Source: Acidobacteriota bacterium
GTDB taxonomy: Bacteria; Acidobacteriota; UBA6911
Assembly (NCBI GenBank): GCA_016933615.1
Contig: JAFGAO010000027.1
Location: forward strand, 66,862-130,861
Length of the DNA stretch: 64,000 nucleotides
Reading direction: 5' to 3'
In this document: in pieces, positions 45,889 through 55,709 of the stretch
How positions within the stretch are numbered: the first letter of the stretch is position 1
Layout: every line of letters starts with the position of its first letter
Position numbers and translations under genes: made by a program
The notes under the pieces: generated by a model
Told to the model about the DNA's origin: nothing
Databases searched by the model: none
Seen by the model: only the letters and a program-made list of their open reading frames with translations

Positions 45889-46043
45889 GGTTCTCCTTCG
45901 ATTCTGAATCCAAGGCTGAAATCTTTCCGATTGGGGAAAGCAATCCCTTCACGAATCCGCCGGGGAAATATAAGTGTTTCTCATTCCCCCGTTTCCCGTC
46001 CCTCGGCCTTCCATTCTGGAACGAGGCCCGGTTCCTGAACGCG

Positions 46044-47024
46044 CTAGGGGCGTCTGATGCGCACGTCGCCGGCAAGGATGGTTTCCAGGGAACCGTCCTC
46101 GGTCTCCACCATCAAAGCCCCGGTCTCGTTCAGGCCCCGCGTCAGCGCGCGGCGGCGTCCAGCGTTCTCCTCGATCCATACCCGCGCCCCATCCCACATT
46201 GTGGAGTGGCTTTTCCAGCGATCCAGGATTTCCGAATGTTTCCCGGTTTCAAAGGACCGGTACTCGGCCTGAAAATGACGAAGAAAAACAACAAGGATCC
46301 TGCGCCGCGGCACGGCGGTCCGCGCCGGCTCATCAATGCAGATGGCGTCATCGACCATTTCCTCCGCAACGCTTGCGCCGCGCACGTTGATGCCCACACC
46401 GACGACGACCGCAGGATTGTTGCCGCTTCCGGCTGTGGTCTCGAGCAGGATCCCGGCGCATTTTTTCCCGCAGATCAGCACGTCATTGGGCCACTTGATG
46501 TCGACATCCAGGGGATGGGGGATGACTTTTGTGTCGACAAGCTCCCGCAGGGCCTCGGCCAGCGCAACCGCCGCGGCCTGCGTCAGCAATGGCCAGTATT
46601 GACTGGATTGCCCGGGCCGGACGATCAGGGAAAAATACAGTCCGCTTCCCGCCGGCGAATACCAGCTTCGGTCCCCTCTTCCTTTTCCGGATGTCTGTTC
46701 CTCCGCGATTATCAACGTGCCGCTCGGAGCGCCCATGCGCGCCTGAAGGAGCGCTTCTTTATTGGTGGAATCCAGGCTTAAAAACCCGTTTACCCTCAAC
46801 CCGTCCCAGGCAAGATCCGGCGTTTCCCGCTGTATCCAATACGGGACGACCTGATCGTCGTCGAAGCGCAGAAATACCCTGCCGCCTTCTTCTTCAATAC
46901 GGAAGCCCCAATGACGGCAAATTTCAAGCTCCTGCGAAATAACCCGGGATCCTCCTGCGGGCAGTCCGGCCGTCCCCACGTGGGACAGGTCGGTGAGAAT
47001 ATCCGGAATTCTGATATTGGCCAT
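46044..47024 (-). CDS. birA: Biotin--[acetyl-CoA-carboxylase] ligase BirA
   Basis: The BPL catalytic motif (EEQTSGKGRGDRSWYSPAGSGLYFSL) and the C-terminal SH3-like domain are present. It starts 3 nt after the valS stop. Confidence 0.8.
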   Translation of the reverse strand: MANIRIPDILTDLSHVGTAGLPAGGSRVISQELEICRHWGFRIEEEGGRVFLRFDDDQVVPYWIQRETPDLAWDGLRVNGFLSLDSTNKEALLQARMGAPSGTLIIAEEQTSGKGRGDRSWYSPAGSGLYFSLIVRPGQSSQYWPLLTQAAAVALAEALRELVDTKVIPHPLDVDIKWPNDVLICGKKCAGILLETTAGSGNNPAVVVGVGINVRGASVAEEMVDDAICIDEPARTAVPRRRILVVFLRHFQAEYRSFETGKHSEILDRWKSHSTMWDGARVWIEENAGRRRALTRGLNETGALMVETEDGSLETILAGDVRIRRP

Positions 47025-47026
47025 AA

Positions 47027-49699
47027 TTATTCAACGGGTAATTTTTTCAAGTTGGATTGAATTCTAAGATGTCTTTCCTTCAACTCCTTGTGACGGGACT
47101 TGTTTTCCGATACGACATTTTCCGGCGCTCCTGAAAGGAATTTGCCGCTTGTCAATTTTTTCTCTATTCTCTCGATCTCTTCCTCGATGCGCGCATTCTC
47201 CTTCAGCAGCCTTTCCCTTTCCGCCGCGATATTGATTGCGCCCTGGACGTCGAGTCCGAATTCACCGACTCGCCATACGCCCCGAAGCGTCGATGCCGGC
47301 AGGGTTTTCGAGAATTGAACCGACCGGATCTTCGCCAGGGAGCGGACCTTTCCCAGGTTCCGCACCACGAGATCCCTGTCGTCTTCGGACGGAATGCAGA
47401 GGGTCGCATCCAGAAACCTTTTGGGATCTATATTCATCTCCGCGCGCAGGGACCGGATGCCGCCGACCAGTTCCATCAAATCCTGCATCTGCCGTGCTGC
47501 AACGGGATGTTCCCTGGCCTTCCCCGCGACGGGATACCGCTGTATCATGATGGAATCGCCCTTATGCGGTATCTTTTGCCAGATCTCCTCGGTCAGGAAA
47601 GGCATAAAAGGATGCAGGATCCGAAGCGCGGCATCAAGAACGTAAACAAGGATTTTTGACCGTGAAGCTCTTTCATCCTCCTGCACCCCGGAATCCGTCA
47701 GTATCGGTTTCACCAGTTCAATGTACCAGTCGCACAACTCGTGCCAGATGAACTGGTATATCAGGGCGGATGCTTCGTGGAAACGGTACTTTTCGAGAGC
47801 GTCCGATACATCCGAGGAAACATGATTCAAGCGATGCAGAATCCAGAGGTCTTCAATGGGCATGTTTCTCGGCCCGGCCCGGAGGAGGTTGTCGATTTCA
47901 TCCGCATCGACGGCAGAATCCTCTTCTTTCAGATTCATGAGAACAAAGCGCGCGGCGTTCCAGACCTTGTTGGCAAAAGCGCTGTACCCTTTCATGCGTT
48001 CTGAAGAAAACGGAATATCCGTTCCGGGAACTGCCATCGACGAAAGCGTGAAGCGCACCGCATCGGCCCCATACCGGTCGACGAGTTGCAGCGGCTCGAT
48101 GATATTGCCCTTTGTCTTGCTCATTTTTTTCCGGTTGGCGTCCCGGACAATCCCGTTTATGTGCACCTCCCGGAACGGAACCTCTCCCGTGAACTTGAGC
48201 CCCATCATGATCATGCGGGCCACCCAGAAGAAAATGATATCCGGCCCGGTAATCAGCGTATCGGTCGGATAATAAACCTTAAGGTCCCGGGTTTCTTCGG
48301 GCCAGCCCATTGTCGTGAACGGCCAGAGGGCCGAACTGAACCATGTGTCCAGGATATCGCTCTCTTCGCGCAACGCGCCCGAGCACTGGTCGCATTCTTT
48401 GGGAGCGGAGCGGGAGACAAGGACGCGGCCGCAGGCATCGCAATACCAGGCCGGAATGCGGTGGCCCCACCACAACTGGCGCGAGATGCACCAGTCATGG
48501 ATGTTGTACATCCACTCGAAATACCGCTTTTTGAAAGAATCGGGAACGAAGCGTATCCTGCCGTTTTCCACGGCCTCTATCGCCGGCTTTGCCAGGGAAT
48601 CGACTTTCAGGTACCACTGCAGGGATATTTTAGGCTCGACACTCGTGGAACAGCGATCACAATGTCCGACGTTGTGCACATAATCTTCCGTCTTCAACAG
48701 GATGTTTTCCGCCGACAGCCGATCCAGAAGTTTTTTCCGGCACGCATACCGGTCCATCCCGCTGTATATTCCCGCGGCTTCGGTCATTGCGCCGTTTTCA
48801 TCGATAACCGTTATCCTGTCAAGGCCGTGACGCCGCCCCGCTTCGTAATCATTGGGATCGTGCGCGGGCGTCACCTTAACCACGCCGGTGCCGAACTCCC
48901 GGTCGACAAAAGAATCCGCAATAACGGGAATTTCCCTGTTCATTACAGGCAGCAGCACTTTACCGCCCACCAGGTGCCGGTAGCGTTCATCATCGGGATG
49001 CACCGCGACCGCGGTGTCCCCGAGCATTGTTTCAGGCCGAGTTGTCGCGACGCTGACGTGTTCGCCGCTGCCGACGACGGGGTATTTGAGGTGGTACAAT
49101 TTCCCTTTCTCGGAATCGTAGACGACCTCCAGGTCCGAAATAGCCGTCCTGCAGCGTGGGCACCAGTTGACGATGTACTCGCCCCGGTATATCAGACCCT
49201 CTTCGTAAAGGCGTACGAAGACTTCCACAACCGCGCGCGAAAGCTGGGCATCCATCGTGAAGCGCTCGCGGCTCCAGTCGCAGGAAACGCCCATACGCCG
49301 CATCTGGTTCAGAATCGTTCCGCCGCTGGTCTTTTTCCATTCCCAGGCGAGCTTCAGGAATTCCTCCCTTCCCAGATCGAAACGGTTTTTGTTCTTTTCA
49401 GCCAGCTGCTTGTCCAGAACGTAGTGCACCGCAATGCTGGCATGGTCCGTTCCGGGCAGCCAGAGGGTGTTGTATCCGCGCATTCTTTTCCAGCGCACAA
49501 GGATGTCGTGAAGCGTGTGCTGCAATGCATGCCCCATATGAAGCGAACCTGTCACATTGGGCGGCGGGATCACGATCGAAAAACGCGGCTTCGTCTCCGT
49601 ATTGTCCGCAAAGAAATAATTTTTACCCTCCCAGAAGAGGTACCACTTTTTCTCGACCTCTGCGGGGTTGTAGGATTTGGCAAGGGGTTCGCGGGGCAT
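47027..49699 (-). CDS. valS: Valine--tRNA ligase ValS
   Basis: The 890 aa protein has HIGH (PNVTGSLHMGHAL), KMSKS (KMSKTKGN), an editing domain and a C-terminal coiled coil. SD AGAGG lies upstream of the ATG. Confidence 0.95.
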   Translation of the reverse strand: MPREPLAKSYNPAEVEKKWYLFWEGKNYFFADNTETKPRFSIVIPPPNVTGSLHMGHALQHTLHDILVRWKRMRGYNTLWLPGTDHASIAVHYVLDKQLAEKNKNRFDLGREEFLKLAWEWKKTSGGTILNQMRRMGVSCDWSRERFTMDAQLSRAVVEVFVRLYEEGLIYRGEYIVNWCPRCRTAISDLEVVYDSEKGKLYHLKYPVVGSGEHVSVATTRPETMLGDTAVAVHPDDERYRHLVGGKVLLPVMNREIPVIADSFVDREFGTGVVKVTPAHDPNDYEAGRRHGLDRITVIDENGAMTEAAGIYSGMDRYACRKKLLDRLSAENILLKTEDYVHNVGHCDRCSTSVEPKISLQWYLKVDSLAKPAIEAVENGRIRFVPDSFKKRYFEWMYNIHDWCISRQLWWGHRIPAWYCDACGRVLVSRSAPKECDQCSGALREESDILDTWFSSALWPFTTMGWPEETRDLKVYYPTDTLITGPDIIFFWVARMIMMGLKFTGEVPFREVHINGIVRDANRKKMSKTKGNIIEPLQLVDRYGADAVRFTLSSMAVPGTDIPFSSERMKGYSAFANKVWNAARFVLMNLKEEDSAVDADEIDNLLRAGPRNMPIEDLWILHRLNHVSSDVSDALEKYRFHEASALIYQFIWHELCDWYIELVKPILTDSGVQEDERASRSKILVYVLDAALRILHPFMPFLTEEIWQKIPHKGDSIMIQRYPVAGKAREHPVAARQMQDLMELVGGIRSLRAEMNIDPKRFLDATLCIPSEDDRDLVVRNLGKVRSLAKIRSVQFSKTLPASTLRGVWRVGEFGLDVQGAINIAAERERLLKENARIEEEIERIEKKLTSGKFLSGAPENVVSENKSRHKELKERHLRIQSNLKKLPVE

Positions 49700-50028
49700 T
49701 GAAAACCTCTATTTCACCAGGTCGCACCGCAGGCGCGCATTTCTACTGATGCCGGCAGCGTCTTTCGAAGCGAACGGTTGAAATCGGATAAAAGGTGGAA
49801 TTTTATTCTAATTACGGGGGGCCGTCCAGTACCCATTTCACGAGGGAAATTTCCGCGAGGAAGGGGGGGCTCCTCGCCCGCGTATCCCGCAATGTTCCTG
49901 TCAGGAAAGAACGGATTTACATCATGATGGAACCCTGGATGGGCGCGCGGCCATGGGGCCGCACCGCAAGCGGAAACGGATCTTTCCGGTTGCCGGAGGA
50001 AGGCAGAGGCGCCCGTTTCCGGTATCCG

Positions 50029-50799
50029 TCAACGGGGCCGGCTGTTTTCTTCGATCGACCGTTTTATCAGTATTTCGGACAGTTCGGGCACAACTTCCCA
50101 GGCTATTTCGCTGATGATTTCCGCGGACATTCTTTCGACGACTTTGCCCGCAATCCTGTCCAATACCTCATCGGAAAGCTGCTTCTCGGAAAAGTCCGGG
50201 CGTTCTCCCGGAAATCCGCCCGGAGCGTTCCCGCCGGGGAACGCGGGTTTTGTTTCCGGGCTGCGCTCCGCCGCCGTTATCGCGGCGGCATCGAAAAGGT
50301 CAAGAATGCGGTTGTCCCCCAGAAAGGAATTCCATGTCTTTTGGGTCACGGGAATTTTCAAGCCCAGGAATCTTCCGGCCGGAAAGGAAGAATCTTGGGT
50401 TTTGCGGGATTCCGAACCTCTTGGCGCGTTTTCGCTGCGTACATGTTCCCGGATCATGTTCACCAGTTCGGACGTGTCGAAAGGTTTTGTAAGAAATGCG
50501 GCGTATCCAACCCTGGACGCTTCCGCCTCGTCGAAAGGCTCGAATGTCCCCACCAGAAGGACAACCGGGACCGCGGCCAATTCAGGAATCTCCTTCATCC
50601 GGGAACATAATTCGTACCCGTTGACGCCCGGCAGGCAGACGTCGGCCAGTACAATGTCCGGGCTGCCGGCGCGTATGGCATCCAGTGCCGTATCGCCGCT
50701 CGAGGCGAATTCGACAACGGCATCCGTGTCCTCGAACGCCAGACGGATCACTTTATGTATTGTTTCGCTGTCGTCGGCGACGAAAATTTTCAGAGTCAT
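50029..50799 (-). CDS. Response regulator: CheY-like receiver domain plus about 130 aa uncharacterised C-terminal region
   Basis: A receiver domain (FVADDSETIHKVI...DIVLADVCLPGVNGYEL...LTKPF) is followed by a Pro/Gly-rich linker and a conserved-looking helical tail (LSDEVLDRIAGKVVERMSAEIISEIAWEVVPELSEILI). Confidence 0.75.
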   Translation of the reverse strand: MTLKIFVADDSETIHKVIRLAFEDTDAVVEFASSGDTALDAIRAGSPDIVLADVCLPGVNGYELCSRMKEIPELAAVPVVLLVGTFEPFDEAEASRVGYAAFLTKPFDTSELVNMIREHVRSENAPRGSESRKTQDSSFPAGRFLGLKIPVTQKTWNSFLGDNRILDLFDAAAITAAERSPETKPAFPGGNAPGGFPGERPDFSEKQLSDEVLDRIAGKVVERMSAEIISEIAWEVVPELSEILIKRSIEENSRPR

Positions 50800-50861
50800 A
50801 GCGGCTCACCATGTTCAGTTCCAATATAATATTCGACTGGATGCGCAGGATTCTTTAGATT

Positions 50862-51920
50862 CTACTCTTCTTCGGGCGGAGTTTCTTCGGAAACGGGCTT
50901 TCTGATCTCTTCCACAATATCGATCCCTTCCCCAGCTTCCGCTTCCCGAACAGCCGCCTGTTCGGCCTCCTTCGCGGCCTTTGCCTTTTCGGCCGCCAGG
51001 ATACCCGTAGCCTCTTCATAAACATCGGGAGGTCCGATGAAACCGAGGGCCTTGCCGAAATCCAGGAGCGGTTTTACGGGCGAAAAGCCTTGGGGCTGTC
51101 TCATTTTTGCTTCGTTTACCGCTGCGACTTCGATATTCACCTCGGGAATCGGTTTGCCCATACCGGCAAGCTGCTGTTTTGCTTCTTCGGCCAGTTCGCT
51201 GAAAGGATACTCGGAAACGAGCTTATCGAGATAAATGGCGGCTTCGTCAGGGTTGTTGCTTTCGAGCAGCGAATGCGCCATTTTGGAAAGGACCTCGGGC
51301 GTGTTGTAATAATCCGGATATTTATCCAAAGCGACCAGGTAACGGCTGACCGCGGCCCCATGATTACCGCGCCTGGCGTAGAAGTCGCCCACACCCTCCT
51401 CCTTCTGGGCGAGCTTGTCCTGAACAATGGCCAGATTCTGTTTTACAATCGGCGCGAAATCATGATCCGGGTACATTTCCAAAAAGTTGTAAATTTCCTG
51501 TTCAGCCCGCAGCGTATACTGCTGATCCCGGTCGACCGGCCCCATCATTTTCATATTGGCGGCGACGATTTTCATCTGGGCGTCCGGCGCCTTCGGGTGC
51601 GCCGGGAAGAAAATAATAAAATCCTTGTACTGTTGTTCCGCCTGGAGCCAGTTCTGCGTGCCGCCTTCTTCATAGTAGGAATCGCCTATCGCATAATAGG
51701 CATCGGCCGTCATTTCACTGTCGGGATAGGTGTTGATCATGGTCTGCAGCGCCAGTCGGGACCTGATGTACTGACCCTTTTCCAGGAATTTGGTTCCGGT
51801 CTCATAAAGAGTCTGGTCGGGAGGCACAACACTTTTCTGTAAACTGGCGCTTTTTTGCGCACACCCGAAAAATAAAAGCAGGGGAATGCCTAGAAGCCAT
51901 GTTCGTACCGTGGATTTCAT
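50862..51920 (-). CDS. bamD: Outer membrane protein assembly factor BamD-like TPR lipoprotein
   Basis: It has a lipobox (LLLFFGCAQ), a BamD-like TPR architecture (YYAIGDSYYEEG...) and an acidic C-terminal tail. Confidence 0.6.
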   Translation of the reverse strand: MKSTVRTWLLGIPLLLFFGCAQKSASLQKSVVPPDQTLYETGTKFLEKGQYIRSRLALQTMINTYPDSEMTADAYYAIGDSYYEEGGTQNWLQAEQQYKDFIIFFPAHPKAPDAQMKIVAANMKMMGPVDRDQQYTLRAEQEIYNFLEMYPDHDFAPIVKQNLAIVQDKLAQKEEGVGDFYARRGNHGAAVSRYLVALDKYPDYYNTPEVLSKMAHSLLESNNPDEAAIYLDKLVSEYPFSELAEEAKQQLAGMGKPIPEVNIEVAAVNEAKMRQPQGFSPVKPLLDFGKALGFIGPPDVYEEATGILAAEKAKAAKEAEQAAVREAEAGEGIDIVEEIRKPVSEETPPEEE

Positions 51921-51981
51921 CTCCTTGTTTCCTCAATACCAATTCGCCGCAGCGTCGGAGGGCACACCGCCGGGAAGAAAG

Positions 51982-52671
51982 CTATACCGTCTCAGGGATT
52001 TTTATATAACGGCCCGAAATTCTTTTCATCTCCAAAAGCGCCTGGGCTGCATCCTCCCGGCCGAAAATTGCGGAGCCCGCCACTATGACGTCGGCTCCGG
52101 CATCGAGAACTTTGGAAACATTTCCGGCATCGATGCCGCCGTCCACTTCGATACGCCCCCGATACGCGTCCGATTGGGCCAGCCTCTTGAGTTTCCTGAT
52201 TTTTTCCAGCGTCGAGGGGATGAACTTCTGCCCTCCGAATCCCGGATTCACGGTCATGATCAATACGAAATCAAGCAGGTGCAGCACCTCATCCAGGGAG
52301 CCCAAGGGAGTTGCCGGATTCAGGGCAACCCCGGCAAAGACCCCATTTTCTTTCAGAAAATTCAAAGTTCTATCCAGATGCCTGTCCGCTTCGACATGAA
52401 CCGATATCCAATCGGCCCCGGCCCGGATGAAATCCTCCAGGTAATATTCCGGACGCTCGATCATCAAATGCACGTCCAGCAGCAAGCGGGTGCTTTTCCG
52501 TATGGAAGCGACCACGGGCGGACCGATCGTAATGTTCGGGACGAAATGGCCGTCCATCACGTCAAGATGAAGAATATCCGCCCCGGCGTTTTCAACCTTT
52601 TTGATCTCGTCAGCCAGACGGGAAAAATCAGCCGCTAATATGGACGGCGCAATATCTATTCTGGTTCCCAA
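51982..52671 (-). CDS. rpe: Ribulose-phosphate 3-epimerase
   Basis: The TIM-barrel motifs of Rpe are present (ILHLDVMDGHFVPNITIGP...VDGGI). The start is TTG. Confidence 0.9.
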   Translation of the reverse strand: MGTRIDIAPSILAADFSRLADEIKKVENAGADILHLDVMDGHFVPNITIGPPVVASIRKSTRLLLDVHLMIERPEYYLEDFIRAGADWISVHVEADRHLDRTLNFLKENGVFAGVALNPATPLGSLDEVLHLLDFVLIMTVNPGFGGQKFIPSTLEKIRKLKRLAQSDAYRGRIEVDGGIDAGNVSKVLDAGADVIVAGSAIFGREDAAQALLEMKRISGRYIKIPETV

Positions 52672-52861
52672 TTATCTAACCCGCCTTCCGGACGCTCGTC
52701 CGCTGAAGGGTAACACAGCGTGCATTCCGATTCAAGAAGCCGCGCCCCCTAAAGTTTTGAAAGGTAATAACTTGTATTGCCTCTTCCCGGCCCTGATGCC
52801 GCGTGCCGCAACCGGATCCGTCCGGATAAAGAGTCGAAACCGTTGCGTGGCGTTTATCGCT

Positions 52862-54190
52862 TCAGCGGCAGCGAACCATGAGCGCGGCGAAAAAACCGTC
52901 CCAGAGGCGATCTCCGGGAAATGTCCGAACCATCCCGTCGCTTCCCGTCCAGGCTGCAATTCCTTTCGGGGAAACCGGAGGGACGATATGAAAGTCCGGA
53001 TTCCCGGACAGGAATCTTTCAACCACCTGCTCGTTTTCCTCCGGTTCGGTGGAACAGGTGCAGTACAGCAGCGCGCCTCCGGAACGGACATTCTCCGATA
53101 CGCAACGGAGGATATTCAATTGTTTTTCCTGGAGCAAGGGGAAATCGGCCCTTTGGAAACGCCACTTGATTTCGGGATTCCGCCTCAAGGTGCCCAGGCC
53201 CGAACAGGGCGCATCCACCATGACGGCGTCAAAGCGCCGGCGGAACGGCGCGGGGAGGCGGGCATCGGCCACGATGATCCCGGATTTCCCGGTTCTGCAC
53301 CCCAGCAGGGCGTCTCTGACTTTAAGGATTCTTTTCCCGCTACTGTCGCTCGCTACCACCATCCCCGATTCCGCGATTTTATCGCACAGGATCGCCGTCT
53401 TGCCCCCGGGCGCCGCGCAGGCATCCCAAACGGTCCATCCCCGTATGTCCCCCAGCAGATGCGGAATAAGCTGGGATGCTTCATCCTGGTAAACGACGGT
53501 AAGGGTTCGATCGTCCTTCTTTTCTTCCGGCCTGGATACCTGGACCCAGGCTCCGGGGACCAGATCCGAAGGCTGGGCCTCGAAAGGAATATTTGCGCCG
53601 CCGTCATCGAGCGCAAGGCGCAGAACATGCCGGGGGGGGGAATTCAGGGAGAGGGCGAATGCTTCCGCGGCGCTTTCGCCGTAACGATTCGCCCAGCGCT
53701 TCCAGAGCCAGCGCGGAAGCGAAACTTGAATCCATTTGGGCGCAGACTGAATGCGCGCGTGCTCTTGCCACGGGCGGGTTCGGGCCAGATGCCTCAGGAT
53801 TCCGTTCAAATAACGGTCAACACCGAGCCTCAGGTTGCGCTTTGCAAGCTCCACCGCATCGTTTACCAGGGCATGATCCGGGATCCTGTCCATGTGCCAC
53901 ATCTGGTAGAGGCTCATCCGAAGCAGGGTGCGCGCCCCCGTTTCCACCTCCGCCCATGGCCGGGAACTTGCCGCGGCGATCAAATAGTCCAGTCGGGAAC
54001 GCCACCGAAGAGTGCCGTAAACGATCTCGGTTACCAGATGACGGTCGCGGAGATCGACCGTTTCCATAATCTCCGAGTTCAGGGCATTATCGCTGAAAAT
54101 GCGTCCGTTTTCTATCTTCCCGAGAATGGCGCAGACTATCTCCCGCGCCGGTGCAATCACTGTGCCTCGTTTCCGATCCATCCTGTCCAT
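52862..54190 (-). CDS. rsmB: 16S rRNA (cytosine967-C5)-methyltransferase RsmB
   Basis: A NusB-like N-terminus is followed by the SAM MTase motifs (DACAAPGGKT) and the catalytic PCSG and TCS motifs. Confidence 0.85.
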   Translation of the reverse strand: MDRMDRKRGTVIAPAREIVCAILGKIENGRIFSDNALNSEIMETVDLRDRHLVTEIVYGTLRWRSRLDYLIAAASSRPWAEVETGARTLLRMSLYQMWHMDRIPDHALVNDAVELAKRNLRLGVDRYLNGILRHLARTRPWQEHARIQSAPKWIQVSLPRWLWKRWANRYGESAAEAFALSLNSPPRHVLRLALDDGGANIPFEAQPSDLVPGAWVQVSRPEEKKDDRTLTVVYQDEASQLIPHLLGDIRGWTVWDACAAPGGKTAILCDKIAESGMVVASDSSGKRILKVRDALLGCRTGKSGIIVADARLPAPFRRRFDAVMVDAPCSGLGTLRRNPEIKWRFQRADFPLLQEKQLNILRCVSENVRSGGALLYCTCSTEPEENEQVVERFLSGNPDFHIVPPVSPKGIAAWTGSDGMVRTFPGDRLWDGFFAALMVRCR

Positions 54191-54204
54191 CTAAGAATTG
54201 AAAA

Positions 54205-55155
54205 TTACTGCCGGTCGCAAAACAGAGGCTCATCGGGGCGCAAACGCACACCGCTGGCAAACTCTAGGCCGCTGACCCGTTTCCTGGAAGGTTTTTGAAG
54301 CTCGTTTATCCGCAGCACGCCCCCGCCGCCGCATTGGACCCGCAGGCCGCCATTCGAAATTCCCAGATAGACCCCCGGAGCGCCGCCGCAATCCGGGTTT
54401 TCCGGCTCAGGCATGCTGCTGCATAGCCGCACCGGTTCATTGCGGAAAAAAGTATAAGCGCCAGGCCATGGATTCATGGCCCGAATACGGTTGTGGATAC
54501 GCAGCGCATCTTCATTCCAGTCAATCCGGGCATTCTTTCTTGATATGGCGGGCGCCCAGGAAACCAGGCTTTTCTCCTGCTCCGACGGCTTTATGGAACC
54601 GGCCAGATATTTATCCATTGTTTCTATCAACAGCGCCGCGCCGTTTACCGAAAGCTCCTTTTCCAAATCCCCCCTGGTTGCGGTAATCGGTATCGGAACT
54701 TTCTTCTGCGCCAGAATCGGGCCCGCATCCAGCTCTTGCCGCATGATCATGATCGTAACGCCCGTAAAGGAATCCCCGTTCAGGATGGAATAGGCGACGG
54801 GAGCCGCACCCCGGTATTTCGGAAGCAAAGAAAAATGTATATTCAGAGGCGCTACGCTGGCGCTTTTCAGAAACCACAGGGGAAGAATCTGACCGTAGGC
54901 GGCTACGACGAGGAAATCGGGCCGAAGGTCTTCCAGGATCTTCCGGTTTTCTTCGCTTCCGATTCTACCCGGCTGAAAAACGGTCAGCCCCTTTTTTTCG
55001 GCCAATGATTTGACCGGGCCCGGCTGGACATGATGGCCGCGTCCTGCAGGCCGATCCGGCTGCGTAAATACCGCGCAGACATCGTACGAATGCTCGAGCA
55101 GGCTTTCGAGAGGCGGGACGGCTGTTTCCGGGGTGCCCATAAAAACGACACGCAT
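54205..55155 (-). CDS. fmt: Methionyl-tRNA formyltransferase
   Basis: MRVVFMGTPE...HFSLLPKYRGAAP is the formyltransferase core, and the Fmt C-terminal domain follows. Confidence 0.9.
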   Translation of the reverse strand: MRVVFMGTPETAVPPLESLLEHSYDVCAVFTQPDRPAGRGHHVQPGPVKSLAEKKGLTVFQPGRIGSEENRKILEDLRPDFLVVAAYGQILPLWFLKSASVAPLNIHFSLLPKYRGAAPVAYSILNGDSFTGVTIMIMRQELDAGPILAQKKVPIPITATRGDLEKELSVNGAALLIETMDKYLAGSIKPSEQEKSLVSWAPAISRKNARIDWNEDALRIHNRIRAMNPWPGAYTFFRNEPVRLCSSMPEPENPDCGGAPGVYLGISNGGLRVQCGGGGVLRINELQKPSRKRVSGLEFASGVRLRPDEPLFCDRQ

Positions 55156-55158
55156 GGC

Positions 55159-55668
55159 CTACCATTCCCCGGCTTTGGCGAGTTTCTTTATTTTATTGCG
55201 GATCAGGGTACGCTTCAGTGCACTCAAGTGATCGATAAAAAGAACCCCGTTTATGTGGTCTATTTCGTGGCAGAAGCATCGGGAAAGAATCCCTTCAGCC
55301 TCGAATCTGACGCCCTCTCCTTTGAGGTCCCTTCCTTGGACGACCATCTTCATGGGGCGTTCCACGTTTTCACTGAAATTCGGAATGCTGAGGCATCCCT
55401 CCTGGCCCGACTGCCTGCCTTCGGATGTCACTATTTCGGGATTGCAGATTACGATGGTCTTATCTTTATCCTCGCCGACGGTCGGATCGATGGTCACAAG
55501 CCGTATATTGATTCCGATCTGCGGGGCCGCCAACCCGATGCCGGAAGCCCCATACATTGTTTCAATCATGTTCCGGGCGATTTCCTCAAGTTCCCCGTTG
55601 AAATCCGTGACGGGTTCGCTGACCTTTCTGAGTTCGGAAGCCCCCAGCTTCAATATCGGCACAATCAT
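55159..55668 (-). CDS. def: Peptide deformylase
   Basis: The three Def motifs are present: GIGLAAPQIG, EGCLSIP and HEIDHINGVLF. Confidence 0.9.
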   Translation of the reverse strand: MIVPILKLGASELRKVSEPVTDFNGELEEIARNMIETMYGASGIGLAAPQIGINIRLVTIDPTVGEDKDKTIVICNPEIVTSEGRQSGQEGCLSIPNFSENVERPMKMVVQGRDLKGEGVRFEAEGILSRCFCHEIDHINGVLFIDHLSALKRTLIRNKIKKLAKAGEW

Positions 55669-55709
55669 AACTATTGAATTTTAATAATGATAGTAATGAT
55701 TGTAAAGAG

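Noticed and set aside
44750-45907. 385 aa Ser-rich ORF on the plus strand antisense to ftsY
   Set aside because: It has poly-Ser/Arg low complexity (SSSNSSS runs) and is fully antisense to the conserved FtsY NG domain.
48086-49702. 538 aa ORF on the plus strand antisense to valS
   Set aside because: It has the same high-GC antisense artefact signature. The composition is His/Arg/Pro-rich. The valS frame is unambiguous across the whole region.
49700-50028. T-box riboswitch upstream of valS
   Set aside because: I looked for the AGGGUGGNACCGCG antiterminator T-box consensus on the minus strand and found no convincing match. The leader may still be structured, but not as a T-box.
49795-50610. 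271 aa ORF on the plus strand spanning the valS leader and antisense to the response regulator
   Set aside because: It is Arg/Gly-rich, lacks an RBS, and overlaps the receiver-domain gene on the other strand.
52601-54298. 565 aa ORF on the plus strand antisense to rsmB and the end of fmt
   Set aside because: It overlaps two well-supported genes on the opposite strand. It is Arg/Gly/Pro-rich and has no recognisable domain.
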